From Pseudogymnoascus verrucosus (taxonomy: Eukaryota), in the NCBI GenBank assembly GCA_001662655.1, contig KV460212.1: DNA of 64,000 nt; one strand, written 5' to 3'. Positions 57,832 to 64,000 of the stretch are shown piece after piece. Both the position numbers and the translations under genes were made by a program. The notes beneath the pieces are model-generated. The model had not been told where the DNA came from. It searched no databases and was given only the letters and a program-made list of their open reading frames with translations. How positions within the stretch are numbered: the stretch's first letter is position 1; each line of letters opens with the position of its first letter.

Positions 57832-60800
57832 ATGTCCGGCGCTGAGGCTGCGTTCGTTGTTGGCCTCATTTCAGGCCTGATCTCGATCATCGAGGCAACT
57901 AAAACGATATATGATGCCGCTAAAGACGCGAAGGGTCAGCCCGAGGCATTTCGCCTGGTGCATGCACGACTAGTCCTAGTGATCGCAATCCTGGACAGAG
58001 CTAGAGAGAGGGCACAGATGGTCGACGAGACGACGCAGGAGACATTGGAACCCATTCTGGAATCATGCAAGGCGAAGGCTGAGAACCTCAACAAAATATT
58101 CAAGAAGGTTATTCGGAAGGATGACGACAAGTGGTACGATCGATACAAGAAAGCCCTCGGTACGCTAAGGAAAGAGTATAAAGTGGAGTGTTTAATGGAA
58201 GAGATATTGAAGGACATCCAAGTGCTTGTATGCGAGAGGCTGATGGGAACCGCTACTGATGCCCAAGTAAAGGAGATACAAGAGGCTATTAAGGAAATGA
58301 ACGAAATGCCTTCTTCTCTCCAGGACGAGGCTGGGAGTGTCACCCAAAACCATCAAGGCACTGGTAACAATAATGCTAACACTGGTAGAGGAGCCCAGCA
58401 TAATGGAATTGGGGATCTCTATCACAATGAGATCAAGGGTGACGCGCATTTTGGCAGTAAGAAATAGTATAATCCGAGACCATGTCTAGATTTGATAAAT
58501 ATGACTTAGGCAACCCCACTTTCAATAATTATGCCGCTCCTAGTGAGTTGCAAAGGGTCCAACCTAACAAGCTAGCGGGTGCTAACGACGGCCCCACCAT
58601 AGAGCGACCAGAGACCCCACCGAACCCGTCGGTCGTCATACCCTTCAGTCGCGACACAGATTTTGTCGAGCGAGGGACAATACTTGATCAGATCTACCAG
58701 AAATGCGATGTATTGGGGTCTCGGACCGCACTCGTTGGCCTGGGCGGCGTCGGGTAAGTACAAACACTTCTGCCATTGCGGGTGGCTAACGGCCGCGAAG
58801 CAAGTCGCAACTCGCCATCGAATATGCCTACCGAACCCGAGACCGATCGCTTGAAACGTGGGTTTTCTGGGTCCATGCAAGCAACACGGCTCGGTTTGAG
58901 CAGAGCTTTCGGGATATTGCAAACTGCGTCAAGATCTCCGGCCGGCAAGATCCAAAGGCCAATATATTCCAACTTGTGCACGACTGGCTGCACAACGATA
59001 GGAAAGGGCCGTGGGTCATTATACTTGATAATGTGGATGATGCTAGCTACCTCGTTGAGCGTCGAAGCACCGGTCAGGATGTGCAAAATAACGGCATAGG
59101 CAGTGGGAACTTACGACCGCTCGTGGAATATCTTCCGCAGTGCCCAAATGGATCGATTCTTATAACAACAAGAAGCAAAACTGCAGCGCTAAAGCTAGTT
59201 AAACCGCGGAACATAATCGCAATCGAACCAATGAGCCAGATAGATGCGCTAGCACTCTTTAGGAATAAGCTTGGCGGGAATGATGGTGGACATGACGCTA
59301 GCCAGCTTGTTGCAGAGCTCGAGTTTATGCCGCTTGCTATTGTTCAAGCAGCTGCATACATCTCCGAATTAGCGCCCCGATGTTCTATACGACAGTACCT
59401 TCAAATGTTTCAAAAGAGCGACAGCAAAAGATCGAGTCTCTTAGAGTACGAAGCCGAAGAGCTACAGCGAGACTCAGAGGCCAAAAACTCCATCATCATT
59501 ACATGGCAAATATCGTTCGATCATATCTGTGAGATTAGGCCGTCAGCCACTGATTTGTTGTCTCTTATGTGTTTTTTTGACCGACAAGGAATTCCTGAGG
59601 CTCTACTTCGAAGTCAAAGCGTGCAGAGCAACTCGGTGCAAGACCAGAACGAGAGCGACGGTGATAAACATGTTAATAGCGATACTAATTATGACGATGA
59701 CGGTAACGATGAAGATGACGATGAAGATAACCTAACACAGTCTAGTGTGAGTGATGGGTTTGAAAGCGATGTCGCAGTATTACGAAACTACTCGTTCGTC
59801 TCTGTCAATGCAGACGGCATAACCTTCGAAATGCACAGGCTGGTGCAGTTAGCCACGCGAAAATGGCTTGAAGCCCATGGGCAGCAAAAGAGGTGGGAAC
59901 AGCAGTTTATCAGGAATCTTAACGCGGAGCTTCCGACTGGAGAGTACGAGAATTGGGTGAGGTGTCAGACGTATTCCCCGCACGTGCAAATAGCGGCAGC
60001 ACAGAAGCCAAAGGAACAAGCCTCTTTAAGAGACTGGGCTTCGATACTATTCAAGGCAGCATGGTATGCGTGCAGAATGGAGAAAGGAATAGAGGCAGAG
60101 AAGATGTCTATTGAGGCAATGAAAGTTCGACAGAGGATTCTGAATCGAGAGCACAATGATACGCTAGAAAGTATGGCAATGGTAGGCTTAGCGTATAAGA
60201 TTAGGGGCCGATGGGATGCTGCGGAAGAGCTAGAGGTGCAAGTGATGGAGATGATGAAGGAGAAACTCGGCGAGGATCATCCACACACGCTACAGAGCAT
60301 GGGCAACCTAGCATTGACGTACGGGAATCAAGGGAAGTGGGACGCTGCGGAAGAGCTAGAGGTGCAGGTGATGGAGATGATGAAGGAGAAACTTGGCGAG
60401 GATCATCCAGACACGCTGACTAGCATGTGCAACCTAGCATTGACGTACGGGAAGCAAGGGAAGTTGGACGCTGCAGAAGAGCTAGGGGTGCAAGTGATGG
60501 AGATGATGAAGGAGAAACTCGGCGAGGATCATCCACACACGCTATGGAGCATAGGCAACCTAGCATTGACGTACGGGAAGCAAGGGAAGTTGGACGCTGC
60601 AGAAGAGCTAGGGGTGCAAGTGATGGAGATGATGAAGGAGAAACTCGGCGAGGATCATCCAGACACGCTATGGAGCATAGGCAACCTAGCATTGACGTAC
60701 GGGAATCAAGGGAAGTGGGACGCTGCGGAAGAGCTAGAGGTGCAAGTGATGGAGATGATGNNNNNNNNNNNNNNNNNNNNNNNNNNNNNNNNNNNNNNNN

Positions 60801-61107
60801 NNNNNNNNNNNNNNNNNNNNNNNNNNNNNNNNNNNNNNNNNNNNNNNNNNNNNAGATGATGAAGGAGAAACTCGGTAAGGATCATCCAGACACGCTGACT
60901 AGCATGAACAATCTAGCATTCACGTTGAAAAAAACTGGCAGAGGAACTGAAGCTGCAAGACTTATGGAAGAATGCATGCAATCAAGGAAACGTATATTAG
61001 GACTTGATCACCCAGATACCCTATCATCTTGCACATCTCTGGCTGCATGGAAGGCAGAGCAAGAGGATGTTGTATTGTCAGTCTCAGTGTTGCCAATAGT
61101 ATATTAG
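57832..61107 (+). CDS. Fungal NLR: SesA (HeLo-like) domain - sigma-like amyloid motif - NB-ARC - high-identity TPR array
   Basis: SesA start MSGAEAAFVVGLISGLISIIEATKTIYDAAKDAKG; N/G/Q-rich motif at 58339-58455; predicted introns 58457-58509, 58543-58602 and 58754-58800. P-loop GLGGVG/KSQLA, Walker B WVIILDNVDD, ILITTR, MPLAIVQAAAYI, MHRLVQ, then LGEDHPxTL..MxNLA TPRs. Assembly gap lies inside the repeats. Confidence 0.88.
60251..60920 (+). repeat. 126-bp (42-aa) TPR tandem repeats, near-identical, interrupted by a gap
   Basis: Units start at 60251, 60377, 60503, 60629 and 60755 (exact 126 spacing); the last unit resumes at about 60856. Confidence 0.95.
60761..60853. other. Assembly gap (93 N)
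   Basis: N run. Both flanks contain the same AGATGATG repeat position, consistent with collapsed repeats. Confidence 0.98.
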
Positions 61108-62380
61108 TCTTAGCAGTATATTGCAATATATATTGCAATATAGGCCTTAGCAATACAATATGGCCTTACGCCATATGACTGTAATACAATACGGCAATAT
61201 CATATGGCAATATATGGCAATATAGTGCCAAGACCTATGTGACTAATTATTACACACGTGATAGTAAATGATGACGAGAATAAGTATGTAATCTATAATA
61301 TAAGTTAAGGCTATTTGAAAACTCTAATTTAATAGTTCTATCAACAATTCAACGTCAATGCCTTTGACAAATGCAGAGTCGAGCGCCTTATCACTAATTG
61401 ATAGCGATGTTTTTCAAGACGATACTGAATTGTCACTCTCCTCACAACTGGATTCTAATAGTACTATAGTACTATCAGTTACATCAAAATCAGGGCGTTA
61501 CAAACGAACTTCATGGATTTGGCAACATGATAGGAATCCTTTAGCAACATACCAACAAAATGGGCACTCAATGTGGCAATGTTTGTATTGTACAAAGCAG
61601 TATAGAGAATCGGGTGGTACTGCAGCTCCAGCGAAACACTTGATGGATTTACACCAAGTAACAGATACTCATATACAAGTACGCAGACAATCAACAAAAG
61701 TCGAATATAGTGTATGGGCAGCAGTTGGCTGGAATTTTAAGAGCCCTTTAATATTTTACAACAAATCAGGAATACGAGGAGGGTTTACAGGTGAAGATAT
61801 CTTCAAGACTGTTTAAAGGGGTTTATTGAGCCGACTTTTGCACAAGGACATAATCGGCATCGCATTTTACAAGAAGACAATGACGGAGCACATGGCACAA
61901 AGACAAGAAATAACCAAATGCAATTTGGAAGCAAGAGCATAATCTTGAGTGCTTAAAATGGCCACCTCAAAGTCCTGACCTTTCTCCAATCGAGAATGTT
62001 TGGCGCATTCTAAAGTCGCGTGTTCGCGCACGTAATGCGCGTAATAGGGACGAGCTACGGAGCTTCATTCTTGAGGAGTGGGATATTACACAGGAGGAAA
62101 TCAATACATTGATTTTAGCAGTACCTGATCGTATGATTTCTTGTAGACTACGAGGACGATTCTCAACACCATATTAATTGTACATAGTTATTACATAGTT
62201 ACAAGCGCAAGTCGCGTATTTCAAGTGTCCGGATAATTTTTCGAACCGCCTTCGATTGTTTCTCTTCAATATATGACTGCAATATATTATATTGCCAAGC
62301 TTTATTAGCGTTATATGATTGTAATACAATATGGGAATTTCATTCCAATATATTGCCAAGACGCACTATTGGCAACACGG
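61085..62380 (+). mobile_element. Non-autonomous hAT-type DNA transposon (1296 bp) with 8-bp TSD
   Basis: TSD GTCAGTCT at 61077-61084 and 62381-62388. TIRs CAGTGTTGCCAATAGT / ACTATTGGCAACACGG, extending imperfectly to about 40 bp. Subterminal ATATTGCAATA/ATATGGCAATA repeats and an internal BED zinc finger. Confidence 0.9.
61358..62177 (+). pseudogene. Degenerate chimeric transposase: BED zinc finger + Tc1/mariner DDE C-terminal part
   Basis: SWIWQH...WQCLYC...GGTAAPAKHLMDLH (BED) runs in frame into VWAAVGWNFKSPL. After frameshifts (~61797, ~61921) come LQEDNDGAHG and WPPQSPDLSPIENVW...EEW...TPY* (TAA 62175-62177). Confidence 0.85.
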
Positions 62381-62480
62381 GTCAGTCTAAAGGCTAGCGT
62401 AATGGACTTGGTTGTAATAACACAATTTTGCTATGCTCGTTCGAAACGAACAAGCTGAGTTCTATAGAATCGCCACAGTA

Positions 62481-62878
62481 ACGTCCATCCTTAGGTGGCG
62501 AGAAACCCACCGTTCTGAGAGATGTTCGCGCACTCTCAAAGCTATGTAAGCATAGTGTAGTTCAGCTTCGCGTCAGCCACAGCCTGATCACACATATGCG
62601 AGATTTACGTGGGGTCGTTATATAGTCACCAAAAATCGTCAGTCGCTTCGACACGAGGTATTGATTTCCATAGCAACCATTCATGAATTTGCCCCGCACA
62701 GCCGCCACATGGCTGATGACGGTCTCCCACACAGTAGTAAGGCCTTAGAGCTCAGTTATAATCGCATTATATGTTTTAGGAATAGTAAGAGCTAAAAGGT
62801 TGAGCTGTAGTGGACAAAGTCAAAGTACCCATCATTTTTCTCGGCACGGTTGGTTTCTCGCTACGTATGGATGGACGT
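62481..62878. mobile_element. pogo/Fot1-like MITE (398 bp), TA target duplication
   Basis: TA|ACGTCCATCC..GCGAGAAACC..CCGT..GAGA ... TCTCGGCACGGTTGGTTTCTCGC..GGATGGACGT|TA; about 40-bp imperfect TIRs; no ORF. Confidence 0.82.
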
Positions 62879-63833
62879 TATACTAGAAAATAGGCTAATC
62901 AAATAAGGGTAGTAAAACCGTTCTACGGAGGTATTTTAAGTAGTTTAACGGTTTCTTAAAAAAATGAGGTGGTTTATTAAAAAAGGAAGGAAATGTTATA
63001 CTCTATCTTATGTACACAAAAATACTACTTACTACGATATAATATGAAATATATATTTATTCTATAAGATCAAATCCTAAGCTTAACTCCCATTTAACAT
63101 GAAGAGAATAGATATAGAGAAAGTAGTGGACATTAAATAAAAGGCTCATAAAGGAAGGTCCATGCGAAGCTGCAGGGGGAGCTGTAGGTGAACCTTATCA
63201 CCATGATATATTAAGTAAAGTGGTTAGAAGCATATTAATCCTCTAATCAATACTCCCAATCGCACAGATCATTCGCTATTTCCCATACCTCCTCGCGTTT
63301 TAACTCCATGGATCTGCTCAACAAGATCCTGGGAGTAACTTCCATAGCGAGAACAGCATTACCAGATCCCAAAGGTATGGGCACGAATTTCAAGCTGTCC
63401 GTTAGGAAATAATCCGGGAATGCAAACTACGGACTTCTCGGGCATACCACCTGTAATATCCGCAAGTTCGGCCATTGCCCGGCCGTGGAGGTGCTCTTCG
63501 GCTGTCGTCGTAGAGGGCCAGGAGTGGCTGGTTGTAGATGGGGGGTCAATCCAAAACCCAATTTCTCAAACACTGCGTAAAAGGGGGAAGAGCAGACCAA
63601 CATCAGCATTTGATCTTGATAACTATGGGTAACGAAGGATACTCGCGAGGAAAGTCCGTGTATTTCGCTCTACATATATTCCATCCGAGATGCGCTAAAC
63701 AAGTTTACAATCAGCACAGAGATACGTTCAAAGCAGTGAATTTCATGGTGGTCCTTAGCTGAGTATCCGAGGGTTATTTCCTACATCAACAAGAGTTAAA
63801 GGAGGCTCTCAAAACCCCACCGATTCCCACCAC

Positions 63834-63998
63834 TATCCTCTCTCTCGTCGGCAATACTTCTTGTCACCACCCCAATTCTCCCCACCGATCCCCCTCCCCA
63901 CCGCCATCACTCCCACCAATCTTCCCTTCCCCACTACTCCTTTCTTCCATCTCATAATAACGTCCAGCCACCCCATTCCGCCCATCAAGAACACCACG
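63834..63998 (-). CDS. Possible 3' end of a gene continuing beyond the window
   Basis: G-rich open frame from the window edge (RGVLDGRNGVAGRYYEMEE...RRERG*) matching the 3'-end composition of genes here. Frame is ambiguous. Confidence 0.25.
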
Positions 63999-64000
63999 CC

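Noticed and set aside
60427..60859. Apparent frameshift or alternative ORF in the NLR TPR region
   Set aside because: The frame change is caused by the arbitrary 93-N gap length; alternative-frame ORFs arise from repeat periodicity.
60251..60920. Regularly spaced repeats as a possible CRISPR array
   Set aside because: Eukaryotic context; units are contiguous 126-bp in-frame TPR codons with no unique spacers.
63225..63600. Protein-like fragments on the minus strand (e.g. ...ELKREEVWEIANDLCDWEY*)
   Set aside because: Broken across frames and unassignable; may be a relic but cannot be supported without a search.

Overview
Gene-dense eukaryotic DNA from a filamentous ascomycete. Evidence: short GT-AG introns with CTRAC branch sites and Pezizomycotina-type gene families; a Leotiomycete such as Pseudogymnoascus is my unverified guess. 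About 25 protein-coding loci are supportable. Housekeeping genes: cyclin H/Ccl1, a lysophospholipid acyltransferase, NADH kinase Pos5, MIPC synthase, WDR70, a NIPA Mg2+ transporter and Sec72. Accessory or metabolic genes: a CFEM-PTH11 GPCR, GNAT, CBM1-GH5 endoglucanase, methyltransferase, FMO, MFS permease, CYP53, an RGS membrane protein, carboxylesterase and a PLP decarboxylase. An APH-kinase pseudogene and two apparent pseudo-enzymes sit together at 31.7-35 kb. The last 7 kb is a fungal immune locus: a SesA - sigma-like amyloid motif - NB-ARC - TPR NLR. Its phase-matched splice sites could yield a free amyloid-tailed effector, a fused receptor and an effector-less receptor from one gene. A hAT-type element (8-bp TSD) carrying a BED-finger/Tc1 transposase chimera inserted exactly into the NLR stop codon, and pogo-like MITE ends bracket the locus. 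Near the start, an ~860-aa orphan appears to combine an OTU-like Cys/His protease domain, three SH3-like segments and a SAP-like motif. All domain calls are by-eye motif recognition; no searches were run.
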